Virus record (IMG/VR): IMGVR_UViG_3300020045_009151
Location: 1-25,182 of that record
Reading direction: 5' to 3' (one strand)
From: a virus
Taxonomy: Duplodnaviria > Caudoviricetes
Length of the DNA stretch: 25,182 nt
The translations under genes were made by a program, and so were the position numbers. Under the pieces are notes generated by a model. It saw only the letters and a program-made list of their open reading frames with translations. It was not told the DNA's origin and searched no databases. Below are positions 1 through 8,287 of this stretch, piece after piece. Position 1 is the stretch's first letter. Each line of letters begins with the position of its first letter.

Positions 1-646
1 ACCAGTCGAACTGCGTCCCGCTGGCATCCTTAGGCCAAGTCGTAGGATCGTCTTTCCACTCAGCCTTGTAGGCGTCCTTTTCCACACTGTAGAGAACCCA
101 GCATTCTCGGGCGTCAGACTTGTCTTGCCTCTTGGCGTCAGCATCGAAGAACACCGATGTGTCAGCGTCATAGATTGGCTCCATGATAATCCGCTGCCGG
201 TCGTCCTCATCATCGTATTCATCTTCGTAGACAGTGCTAAGCCGCCATGCGCCAAAGCCGCCCGATACAGCCTCTTCCGTGGCGTTATCGTAGGCTTCCT
301 GCGCGCCGCTGTCTTGTTCATCCGCCCGATACAGCGCATCGCATACATCGGCTAGGCGGTCATCTGTGCTGCCATCCTTGCTGGTAAAGTCAACGCTAAT
401 GCGGTTGTTCCGCATCTCGTTGATGATCCGCATCACCGCAAGCTGCGTCTTGTTAAACTCCAGACGCGGGCGGTTCTCAAACATCGTAAGGAAAGGGCCT
501 TCCCAGCTTGCGCCGGGGATCGATACAAAGCGCCGATCTGACACCGCTTGCTGACGCTGCTCCCAGCAAGCATCGCGGGCGCGCTGGTATTGCTGCAATG
601 CCTCGGTATGCACTCGCTGCAAACGTTGTGTCTTTGAAAGCGCCAT
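1..646 (-). CDS. P22-like portal protein, 5' part (runs off window)
   Basis: Not in the ORF track; hand translation MALSKTQRLQRVHTEALQQY...DRRFVSIPGASWEG...RPRLEFNK...NEMRNNRISVDF...LYRADEQDSGAQEAYDNATEEAVSGGFGAWRL...IYDADTSVFFDADAKRQDKSDARECWV matches P22 gp1-family motifs; GAGGG RBS; directly follows terL. Confidence 0.93.
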   Translation of the reverse strand, partial: MALSKTQRLQRVHTEALQQYQRARDACWEQRQQAVSDRRFVSIPGASWEGPFLTMFENRPRLEFNKTQLAVMRIINEMRNNRISVDFTSKDGSTDDRLADVCDALYRADEQDSGAQEAYDNATEEAVSGGFGAWRLSTVYEDEYDDEDDRQRIIMEPIYDADTSVFFDADAKRQDKSDARECWVLYSVEKDAYKAEWKDDPTTWPKDASGTQFDW

Positions 647-689
647 CAAACCCTCGTGGCCCTACTGCCAATGCGGCCTTGGGCGAGTT

Positions 690-718
690 AAACTAGCATA
701 GCCTTTGCACTAGCGCAA
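690..718 (-). promoter_or_regulatory. putative sigma70-type promoter for the portal/structural operon
   Basis: TTGCGC-17 nt-TAGTTT in the terL-portal gap; shares CTTGC...ATGCTAG with the promoter at 2989-3017. Confidence 0.5.
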
Positions 719-720
719 GT

Positions 721-2169
721 TTACCGCCAAGGTGATGCGCATGGGATTACGGGGATTGTCGTCGGAGCCATTGGCGGACTAAACTGCACATCAGCAATTG
801 CGTCAAACAACGGATCTAGCTGGTCATCATGCGCGCCAGATGGGAACGTAATGGCTTCATCTACAAATCCTTCCAGCCAATCCGCCCATTCTGGCAATAG
901 GACGTTGCCGCTTTGGATAAATGGCGCAGCATCATAGGCCCGCGAAACCTTATCCTTGTTGCGCTGAACTGCTATTACAGGAATGCCTTCGCGCCTCACA
1001 GTCTGGATTAGGCCGGTGCCTGAAACCTTGTCCTCAACCTTGAATGCCCGCAATGGTGCAGAATGCTTTTCGCCTTGATGCTTGATCCAGAAAGAGCGCG
1101 CCTGCTCTAGTAGTTCTGGCGCTTCCCACTTGCCGCGCACCTGATCCAGCAAGACAGCCTGCCCCGTTGTCGTCCTGCCCCAGCACTGGAAAACGCTATA
1201 ATCGTTCTCTTGGCCGGTCTTTTGTGCTGTGTCGGCATAGATCGAACGCCACTCTAGGGGTGGCAAGTCTCGGTAATGCCTGAACCACTCTTCCTTGATA
1301 ATCCCGCCACCACGAGGGCTAGGGCGCTGCTGCAACTGGCCCGCAACGGCATAGCTTCCCATTGTCTTTTCCAGTTCGGAGACTTGCTCTTCTGGAAAGC
1401 GCTCAGGGAACATCAATTCCCCGTCAACCTTGCGCGGGTCGCCAGCGCCTACAGACCATTTAGATCGCCCGTGTTCATAGCGCATCGGAATGCAAAGATG
1501 GTCGTAGCCCAACTCAATCGCTACCGATGATACGTCCGCCTCGTTAACGCGCTGCATGACGATTACGATAGCCGACTTTTCATTGTTCACTCGGCTAGGA
1601 AGTGCTTCACGGAACGTTGTCACGCCAGCCGATAGATGGGCAACGCTGTTAGCATCATCAACGCTGTGAGGGTCATCTAGGCGAACCCTATCACCACGCG
1701 AACCCGTCATGGATGTGAAGGCCATCGCCTCCATGAATCCGGTGGATGTGTTTTCAAACTTGGTCTTGGCGTTCTGGTCGCCCGCAATCTCAACGGGCCA
1801 GCGCTTTTGGAACCAGTCTGATTGGATTAAGCGGCGGCACTTGATGTTATCCCGAACAGCCAAGTCTTGCTTGTGAGCGGTGCCAAGGTGCCGCAAGTGT
1901 GGCATGTTGCGCGGCCCCCATTCCCAAGCTGGCCAGATAACGCCAGTGAGAAGCGACTTCATAGAGCCGGGGGGAACGTTCATTAGCAGGCGGCGTATTT
2001 GATCGTTTGTAACAGCCTCTAGATGCTCACAAACAGCATCCAACACCCATCCCCACTTTAGTTCCGTAGATGGCTCTAGGATGTGCCAAGCGCGCTGTGC
2101 AAACTCGGCTAGGGAGCGGCTGCACAGTTCCTTTTCGCAAGCGAGAATGTCAGCCTGCGTTAGAAGCAT
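721..2169 (-). CDS. terL: terminase large subunit
   Basis: Walker A NVPPGSMKS, Walker B-like LDDPH, VIVMQR motif, nuclease acidic motifs YADTA, NDYS, HDDQLD; likely start is ATG 2169, overlapping the terS end. Confidence 0.95.
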   Translation of the reverse strand: MLLTQADILACEKELCSRSLAEFAQRAWHILEPSTELKWGWVLDAVCEHLEAVTNDQIRRLLMNVPPGSMKSLLTGVIWPAWEWGPRNMPHLRHLGTAHKQDLAVRDNIKCRRLIQSDWFQKRWPVEIAGDQNAKTKFENTSTGFMEAMAFTSMTGSRGDRVRLDDPHSVDDANSVAHLSAGVTTFREALPSRVNNEKSAIVIVMQRVNEADVSSVAIELGYDHLCIPMRYEHGRSKWSVGAGDPRKVDGELMFPERFPEEQVSELEKTMGSYAVAGQLQQRPSPRGGGIIKEEWFRHYRDLPPLEWRSIYADTAQKTGQENDYSVFQCWGRTTTGQAVLLDQVRGKWEAPELLEQARSFWIKHQGEKHSAPLRAFKVEDKVSGTGLIQTVRREGIPVIAVQRNKDKVSRAYDAAPFIQSGNVLLPEWADWLEGFVDEAITFPSGAHDDQLDPLFDAIADVQFSPPMAPTTIPVIPCASPWR

Positions 2170-2605
2170 TATGCGCCGCCATAATTTCCTTGAGCGTATC
2201 ACTTGATAGCTTCGTTGCGTCGATGCTCGTGGGCGTCATGGATTTATCGCTAGACTTGTGATCGATCACATCGGTCAGCAGCTTGTGCAGCTTGGCCTTG
2301 CCCATTGTTGCAGCAACAGCAGCGCTTGCTTGGCCCTCTTGCTTGGCCAGTGCGCGGGCTTCCTCAAGTTCTTCTGTGAGGCTTTCAACAGTCACCAGGC
2401 AACGCTCTTTGGCCTCTGCCTTCAATTCAGCAACCCTTAGGGCGATGTTAGGCTGAGCCATCAGCTTGCTGGCGCTCACCACAATGCTTTCCGCCTTCAT
2501 GTTCTGCGCGTCATAAGCGCGCCGATAAGCCTCCGAAGCGTTGCCCGTCTCTATGTATGCTAGGACAAAGTTCTCTTGCTTGAGGGTTAGCTTAGGCGAT
2601 GACAT
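2150..2605 (-). CDS. terS: terminase small subunit
   Basis: KLTLKQENFVLAYIETGNASEAYRRAY N-terminal HTH typical of Terminase_2; immediately upstream of terL. Confidence 0.92.
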   Translation of the reverse strand: MSSPKLTLKQENFVLAYIETGNASEAYRRAYDAQNMKAESIVVSASKLMAQPNIALRVAELKAEAKERCLVTVESLTEELEEARALAKQEGQASAAVAATMGKAKLHKLLTDVIDHKSSDKSMTPTSIDATKLSSDTLKEIMAAHNASNAG

Positions 2606-2735
2606 AGCTTGCCTCTTTGGCCTGCCTAGTCTGGTCGTATCCTTCTAACCAGTCTTTGCTTTTGCGCGCGTCACGCTTTTCGCCTGCCATCGCAGCTAAA
2701 CGGCCATCCTGAAACTGTATGATATTCTCAGCCAT
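2592..2735 (-). CDS. 47-aa small protein, weakly ribosome-modulation-factor-like
   Basis: Hand-found ORF MAENIIQFQDGRLAAMAGEKRDARKSKDWLEGYDQTRQAKEASYVIA; overlaps the upstream stop and the terS start, filling the gap. Confidence 0.65.
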   Translation of the reverse strand: MAENIIQFQDGRLAAMAGEKRDARKSKDWLEGYDQTRQAKEASYVIA

Positions 2736-2982
2736 CAAACCCAACCCCTTCATGCTCCCAGATGCGCAGCGTGTTGCGGTTGATCCGCGTATGCGGAATG
2801 ACAGTTACCACCGACTGCCCCTGGATGATAATCCTTTGCCCTCCATGCAGCTTCACCACCTTTGCGCCAAAGTTAATTGCCGCCTTCACCGCATCGCAGG
2901 ACAACGCCTCCATAGCTTCGAGAACGGGAACGTCCGCGACCCGCTCTTTGTAGCGCTGCACTGCATGAGCTGTGATTAGCAT
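2728..2982 (-). CDS. small hypothetical protein with HAxxRxxER...VVTV pattern (DUF4258/BECR-like)
   Basis: ITAHAVQRYKERV...QSVVTVI; first gene downstream of a clear promoter. Confidence 0.7.
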   Translation of the reverse strand: MLITAHAVQRYKERVADVPVLEAMEALSCDAVKAAINFGAKVVKLHGGQRIIIQGQSVVTVIPHTRINRNTLRIWEHEGVGFDG

Positions 2983-2988
2983 GGGGGC

Positions 2989-3017
2989 AATCTAGCATTG
3001 TGAGAGGGGGTTGGCAA
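2989..3017 (-). promoter_or_regulatory. putative promoter for the packaging operon, probably leaderless
   Basis: TTGCCA-17 nt-TAGATT; 6 nt separate the -10 box from ATG 2982; no SD. Confidence 0.55.
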
Positions 3018-3049
3018 GGTGAGAGGGGGTTATCGGCCACCAAAACCTA

Positions 3050-3190
3050 ACCGTTGACGACCGTTGCTTACGCGCGCGCGCGATATGCGCATTCATAGAA
3101 AAAGAGATAAAAAATATCTTTTCCTACGCGAGCAACGGTTGTCAACGGTCTGGTATGTGATTTTGGCTAGACCGTTGACGACCGTTGACG
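3050..3190. repeat. ACCGTTGAC-type iterons around an AT-rich core; putative replication origin
   Basis: accgttgacgaccgttgct 3050-3068, inverted copy 3131-3149, accgttgacgaccgttgacg 3171-3190; (CG)n run and A/T tract between; lies just 3' of the primase gene. Confidence 0.7.
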
Positions 3191-3213
3191 ATATTCGGCT
3201 AATAATAGGATTT

Positions 3214-5613
3214 CTACTCACTATCATCAGCCCCGAGCATTTCATGGATAGCCAGCCGCATTTCAGTCCTACGCAGGCGTTCATGCTCAGCTTTGGCAGC
3301 AAACAATTCATGCACTGCGGGGTTGACGTTCCAGCTAGGGGCGTCTGCGCGCATGTTGACGGGATCAACCCATGACAACGCCTCAAGGCGTTGAAACAGC
3401 TTTATACCAGCTTCACGGTCAATCTTGCGCATGGATCTAATGCCCATCCGAATATCGCGGATAGTCACCTTGTCCTTGCCCTTGGCCAGAATGTAGCCTG
3501 CAACGTCTACGAGGTCATCATGGTCATCAGACAAGCCAATAACGCCCGCATAGAATGCTAGGCTATGCTTCATGATATAACCCGATAGGAAAGCTTCTGC
3601 CCGCGCTGCGGTGGCTTGCGCGACGATAATAGGCAAAGGCTCTGCGGGGTCAAAGTCCGGCGCGCTGACATACTCTAGGCAATGCCAGATAATGCAGAGA
3701 CGGGGGAATATCCCGTCAAACTTGCCGATATGGGCCGCAAGCTTTTTGTTAAATCCCTCAGTGCTCACCACCAGCTTATGATGCTTGGCCTCTAGTTTTT
3801 CACGGATAGCCCTAGCGCCATCATCAAACTGCAAAGGCACTTGGCCTAGAATGCTGTCTGGGGCTTTTAGATTATGCAGGCGCTCGATAATGTCATCATA
3901 TTCATAGGCCACATCGCAGCCCTCTTCATCGCGCCCGATGTTGGCAGGCTGTAGGATCACCGGCAAGAAACGCTGGATAAGACCGTCATCAGTCGCATCG
4001 CCTACAATGCGGCGGATGGGATCTGGCTGGACGCCGCCAAGAATTGAGACAGACAGATTATCAATCAGGAATGATCCGCGGCCTACGCGGTTGACAGCGT
4101 ATTCCCCGCCACCGAACGCGGTAAGCCAAAAGCTTCGATCCTTGGCGCTACCTTTCCCGCCGCTGTATTTTTCAATACCGCCAAACCAGCCGGACAATTC
4201 ATCTTGCAAGACTAGGATTCCATCAGGGCTGTGGCGGCAAACCTCTTGCGTCGCCTCCATTGTGACATCCTCAACGCGCAAGCGGGGCATTGCTGGCATA
4301 GGGCCGCCGCCCTTAGTGCCGCCTTGTTCCTGCCAATCCATCATCGCCTTGTTGCCTTGGCGCATTAGATCGCCATCCATTTTCTTTAGCTTGCTTGCGG
4401 CTGCGCGCATAATGGGCGATTTTTTATAGGATGGGTCACCGATAAGCATTGTCCAAAGGCGGGCGCTTTCCGTCCAGTTCTCATGACGCTTGACCTTAAT
4501 CTTGATGCTATCGCGGATAACCGATGCTGCAACGGTGATTGCCGACATTGCCAAGCCGCCCGGATCAATGCCCATCTGATCTGCGCGAATGCGGGCGAAG
4601 CGCTCAATAATATCCGGCAAGACGCCCTTGGGTAGGACTGGCGCTGCATACTTGGCCCAAAGGTCAACAGGCTGCGCATCGGCGGTAGCTTCATCAGCAG
4701 CGGCTTGTTTGGCGCTGGCAAAATCCCTAAGCGCCTTCGCAAAAGTAGCGGCCACACTATCAGGGCCGGTATCTTGTGCTTGGTCGTTAAAGTCACTGCC
4801 CGATGCAGGAGCGGCTAGGGGGCAATCCAGTTCGCGGGCTAGGGTGCGCATTTCATCAACCGCGTTGGCATCGCAGGCCAATAGGATCGAAACGCCATCG
4901 GCTGCTAGTTCACGGGCGATTACGTGCATGTTGCCTTTACTAAAGGCAATGCACACCTGATCCGGCACAGCGTCATGAATGCTTGCGCCGGTAGCATAGC
5001 CCTCGCAGATGATGGTGCGGCCCATGTGGATGCCGATCATCATACGCCCTGCCTTTGTGGGCGCGCCAGCTTGAAACTTCTTGCCGCTATCGGGCGCTAT
5101 GGTCTGGACGGATTGCAAGACTCCATCAGGGCCATAAATAGGCAGCAAGAGGTTATCGCCTTCTACCTTGCAATCATGGGCCATAACGCCTTTTTTTGCC
5201 AAGTAGGCGTTGCCTTCCGTATCCGTGCTAGCGCGCTCCCATCGGGCTTGCGCCTTGGCGATTGCGCGGGCCTTGTCGGCTTGGGCTTGCGCTTCGCGCT
5301 CCGCCATCGCCGCATCATATTCCTTGCGCTCGATAGGTGTTAGCCGAGTTGTGCCGCCATCCAGCATAGCCAGCGCATCGGATTGCGTCATACCTTGTGT
5401 ATGGACAATAAAGTCCACCACATCGCCATGCGCCCCGCAGCCGAAGCAATGGTAAAAACCCTTGTCCGGTATCACATGGAAGCTAGGCGACTTTTCATTA
5501 TGGAATGGGCATAGGCCCTTATATTCGTTTCCTATTTTCTTGAGCGCAACAACCTTTCCCACAATTTCCGCCAATGGATTTTTTGCCTTTATGGCCTGCC
5601 AATCGTGGGTCAC
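3214..5613 (-). CDS. primase-helicase: CHC2 zinc finger + TOPRIM + DUF3987/YfjI-like P-loop domain
   Basis: CPFHNEKSPSF...CFGC; ICEGYATG, ACD, SDFND; GDPSYKKSP and VLQDELSGWF; GTG start overlaps the upstream TGA. Confidence 0.9.
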   Translation of the reverse strand: MTHDWQAIKAKNPLAEIVGKVVALKKIGNEYKGLCPFHNEKSPSFHVIPDKGFYHCFGCGAHGDVVDFIVHTQGMTQSDALAMLDGGTTRLTPIERKEYDAAMAEREAQAQADKARAIAKAQARWERASTDTEGNAYLAKKGVMAHDCKVEGDNLLLPIYGPDGVLQSVQTIAPDSGKKFQAGAPTKAGRMMIGIHMGRTIICEGYATGASIHDAVPDQVCIAFSKGNMHVIARELAADGVSILLACDANAVDEMRTLARELDCPLAAPASGSDFNDQAQDTGPDSVAATFAKALRDFASAKQAAADEATADAQPVDLWAKYAAPVLPKGVLPDIIERFARIRADQMGIDPGGLAMSAITVAASVIRDSIKIKVKRHENWTESARLWTMLIGDPSYKKSPIMRAAASKLKKMDGDLMRQGNKAMMDWQEQGGTKGGGPMPAMPRLRVEDVTMEATQEVCRHSPDGILVLQDELSGWFGGIEKYSGGKGSAKDRSFWLTAFGGGEYAVNRVGRGSFLIDNLSVSILGGVQPDPIRRIVGDATDDGLIQRFLPVILQPANIGRDEEGCDVAYEYDDIIERLHNLKAPDSILGQVPLQFDDGARAIREKLEAKHHKLVVSTEGFNKKLAAHIGKFDGIFPRLCIIWHCLEYVSAPDFDPAEPLPIIVAQATAARAEAFLSGYIMKHSLAFYAGVIGLSDDHDDLVDVAGYILAKGKDKVTIRDIRMGIRSMRKIDREAGIKLFQRLEALSWVDPVNMRADAPSWNVNPAVHELFAAKAEHERLRRTEMRLAIHEMLGADDSE

Positions 5614-5786
5614 GCAAGCCCGCCTTTCAGGTAGTTGGAAAGCTTTTCCAGCGTGGAGATAGTAGGGTTGCAGTCTGGATTGTCACGAATAGCGCGCACC
5701 GTAGGCTCAGAAAGCCCTGTCTTTTGCGCCACCACACTGATTCGCCGATCATGTAGCGCGCTCCTGATCCACTCATATTCCTGCAT
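5610..5786 (-). CDS. 58-aa Cro/XRE-like HTH protein
   Basis: Hand-found MQEYEWIRSALHDRRISVVAQKTGLSEPTVRAIRDNPDCNPTISTLEKLSNYLKGGLA; AAGGA RBS; GTGA overlap with the primase start. Confidence 0.85.
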   Translation of the reverse strand: MQEYEWIRSALHDRRISVVAQKTGLSEPTVRAIRDNPDCNPTISTLEKLSNYLKGGLA

Positions 5787-5822
5787 TTTGATATTTCCTT
5801 ATGTGAAGCTAGATTTTTGGTA

Positions 5823-5851
5823 TTGCAAAGCGCGGCAGGCTTGTCTAGTGT
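5823..5851 (+). promoter_or_regulatory. putative promoter for the recombination/replication operon
   Basis: TTGCAA-17 nt-TAGTGT in the divergent intergenic region. Confidence 0.45.
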
Positions 5852-5919
5852 CATTTTCGCAGCGCAAGAAAGCCTATCGCTGCTAGGCGTGGCCAATGTG
5901 CCAAACATAAGGTGACACT

Positions 5920-6759
5920 ATGTCAACAATTGCCCCCCCTTCTAAACCATCTGCGCGCCCTCCAATCATCACCATTTGCGGCGATGCAGGCGTAGGCAAG
6001 AGCAGCCTTGCCGCAACATTCCCCAGCCCTGTTTTTCTTCGCGCCGAGGATGGCGTGGGCCGCATCCATGAGGCCTGCGAAATGCCGGATGCGTTTCCCG
6101 TTATTAAGACCGAGGCCGATCTTATGGCGCAGATGATGTGGCTTTTGGAGCAGCCGCATGATTACAAAACGCTTGTGATCGACAGCGTTAGCGCGCTGGA
6201 AGCCATTTTTACCGAGGCTATTCTGGCGCAGGATGGCCGCGCCAAAACCCTGTCTACTGCCCTTGGTGGCTATGGCGCTGGCTTTGCCGCTCTTGCAACG
6301 CGCCATCGCGGGGTACGCAAGCTTGCAGGCCGCATCAGTGAGCAGCGCCGCATGGCTGTGGTTTTTATCAGCCACGCTGATCTGGAAACCATGAAGCTGC
6401 CAGATACGGACGACTACAGCCGCTACAGCCTGCGGCTTAACAGCAAGAGCCTGCCCGCATATGTCGATGATGTTGACCTTGTGGGCTTTGTGCGGCTTGT
6501 GTCGGCTTTGCGCGGCGAGGATGGCGACCGCAAGAAAGTCATCAGCAACGGCGACCGCGAATTAATCTGTTTTGCGACAGCCGCCAGCGTCTCGAAGAAC
6601 GGCTATGGCATTACCGAGCCTCTGGAATTGGAAGCAGGCAAGAACCCGCTTGCTGCCTTCATTCGCGCCAAGGCGCAGGCTGGTAAGACGAAGGCGAAAG
6701 CCAAGGCTGCACCTGAAACTACATCCGAAACTGAAACTGAAAACGAAGGAGCCGAATAA
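5920..6759 (+). CDS. sak4: Sak4-like ssDNA-annealing ATPase (AAA_24)
   Basis: Walker A GDAGVGKS, Walker B LVIDSVS, GGYGAGF, VFISHA; adjacent to SSB and exonuclease genes. Confidence 0.88.
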   Translation: MSTIAPPSKPSARPPIITICGDAGVGKSSLAATFPSPVFLRAEDGVGRIHEACEMPDAFPVIKTEADLMAQMMWLLEQPHDYKTLVIDSVSALEAIFTEAILAQDGRAKTLSTALGGYGAGFAALATRHRGVRKLAGRISEQRRMAVVFISHADLETMKLPDTDDYSRYSLRLNSKSLPAYVDDVDLVGFVRLVSALRGEDGDRKKVISNGDRELICFATAASVSKNGYGITEPLELEAGKNPLAAFIRAKAQAGKTKAKAKAAPETTSETETENEGAE

Positions 6760-7349
6760 TGTCATTCTGGGACTTGAGCGATGGCGAAAGCGCCGCAACT
6801 GGCGAGAAAGAATTTGAGACGCCTACGGGCAATCTTGAGCCTATTCCGAACGAGAGCAACGTGCTGGCGCATGTTGACAAGGCAGAATGGGCGTTCACGC
6901 AGAACGAAAACGCGGAATACATCAGCCTGCGCTGGTCGGTTGATGGGCCGGAGCCTTACATCAATCGCAAGATCTTTCAAAAGCTTTGGGTGACGGAAGA
7001 CGATCCGAACGCCAAGAGCGCCGACAAGGCCAAAGACAAGCGCGACAAGGCCAAAAGGATGCTTGCGGCTATTGACGCCAACTGCGGCGGCAAGCTGGCC
7101 AAGACGCCTCGCAAGCCGAGCAACGACGACTTGGCGATTGCCTTGCAGGACAAGCAAATGGTCATCAAGTGCATGGTCTGGGAGATGGTGGGCCGTGATG
7201 GTTCTCCCAATTCCGGCAACTGGATCGCGGCAGTGTTCCCCAAGAGCAAGGGGACGAATGTTGCTGCATCGGCTGCGGTTGCGCCGGTGAAACCGGCTAA
7301 ACCAGCCGCGCCGGTTGATGATGACGACGACTCAGACATTCCGTTCTGA
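6759..7349 (+). CDS. ssb: single-stranded DNA-binding protein (DUF669-like)
   Basis: Acidic tail DDDDDSDIPF; TAATG coupling to sak4. Confidence 0.85.
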   Translation: MSFWDLSDGESAATGEKEFETPTGNLEPIPNESNVLAHVDKAEWAFTQNENAEYISLRWSVDGPEPYINRKIFQKLWVTEDDPNAKSADKAKDKRDKAKRMLAAIDANCGGKLAKTPRKPSNDDLAIALQDKQMVIKCMVWEMVGRDGSPNSGNWIAAVFPKSKGTNVAASAAVAPVKPAKPAAPVDDDDDSDIPF

Positions 7350-7406
7350 TCCTGCCGTTACCAGACCCCTGCGGCGGCGGCCGCGGGGGCGAGGCTAACA
7401 GCAGGA
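7350..7406 (+). promoter_or_regulatory. long hairpin covering the exonuclease Shine-Dalgarno
   Basis: TCCTGC 7350-55 pairs GCAGGA 7401-06; GTTA/TAAC; CCCCTGCGG 7366-74 pairs CCGCGGGGG 7381-89. Confidence 0.55.
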
Positions 7407-7413
7407 GCTTACC

Positions 7414-8283
7414 ATGATCGAACAAAGAACCCCCGAATGGCACCAACAGCGAATTGGCCGCGTTACTGGCTCAATTGTGGGCGCTATTTTGGGCTTGTCG
7501 CCTTACATGACGCGGGCCGATGCTATGCGGGCGATGGTGCGCGCTGCTATCGGCGCGGAGACCGAATTTACCGGCAACATCGCCACCGAATACGGCACCG
7601 CAAACGAGGCCAATGCGGTTATTGAATTTCAGATGGAAACCGGCCTGATCGTAACGCCTGCGCCTTTTGTGACTTATGAGGATTGGCTAGGCGCGTCTCC
7701 CGATGGCTTTACCAGCGATGGGGGGCTAGTAGAGATCAAATGCCCCTTTGGCCTGCGCAAGAGCGCTAATCCCATATTCAAGGCACCGCATGAACAGCCG
7801 CACTATATGGCGCAAATGCAAGTGCAGATGTTTGTGACTGCCACAAGCCACTGCCATTTTTACCAATGGTCTGCCAGCGGGACTAGCCTGCATCGCGTGG
7901 CGGCTGATCCTGCATGGGTTGCTGACAATATCCCTCGCTTGCGTCAGTTTCATGCGGAATATCTGGACGAGGTGGCCAATAATTCTTCCGAGCATCTAGC
8001 GCCTAAGCGTGTCGAGATTGATACGCCGGAAGCCGCCAAGATGGTGCAAGAATGGGAGTATCTAGCCGAACAGATTGAACGCGCCACCGAACGCAAGAAA
8101 GACTTGCTTGCGGATATGGTGGCCTTGGCTGGCGGCAAGAATGCCATCATCGGCGGGCGCAAGTTAACGCTCACTAAGCGCGATGGCGCTATCTCCTATG
8201 GCAAGGCAATCAAGGCGCTTTGCCCCAAGGCCGATCTGGAACCCTATCGTGGGAAGCCTAGCGAGTTTTGGGGGCTTAAGTGA
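7414..8283 (+). CDS. YqaJ/lambda-exonuclease family nuclease
   Basis: QRTPEWHQQRIGRVTGS, LGASPDG, LVEIKCP, YMAQMQVQM. Confidence 0.92.
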   Translation: MIEQRTPEWHQQRIGRVTGSIVGAILGLSPYMTRADAMRAMVRAAIGAETEFTGNIATEYGTANEANAVIEFQMETGLIVTPAPFVTYEDWLGASPDGFTSDGGLVEIKCPFGLRKSANPIFKAPHEQPHYMAQMQVQMFVTATSHCHFYQWSASGTSLHRVAADPAWVADNIPRLRQFHAEYLDEVANNSSEHLAPKRVEIDTPEAAKMVQEWEYLAEQIERATERKKDLLADMVALAGGKNAIIGGRKLTLTKRDGAISYGKAIKALCPKADLEPYRGKPSEFWGLK

Positions 8284-8287
8284 TAAC

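Noticed and set aside
125-696. Short ORFs in the track at 125-696
   Set aside because: Shadows of the minus-strand portal gene, which the track omits because it runs off the window.
3938-5455. Plus-strand ORFs opposite the primase (and similar ones opposite the tailspike and early genes)
   Set aside because: Antisense shadows with no recognisable motifs or RBS.
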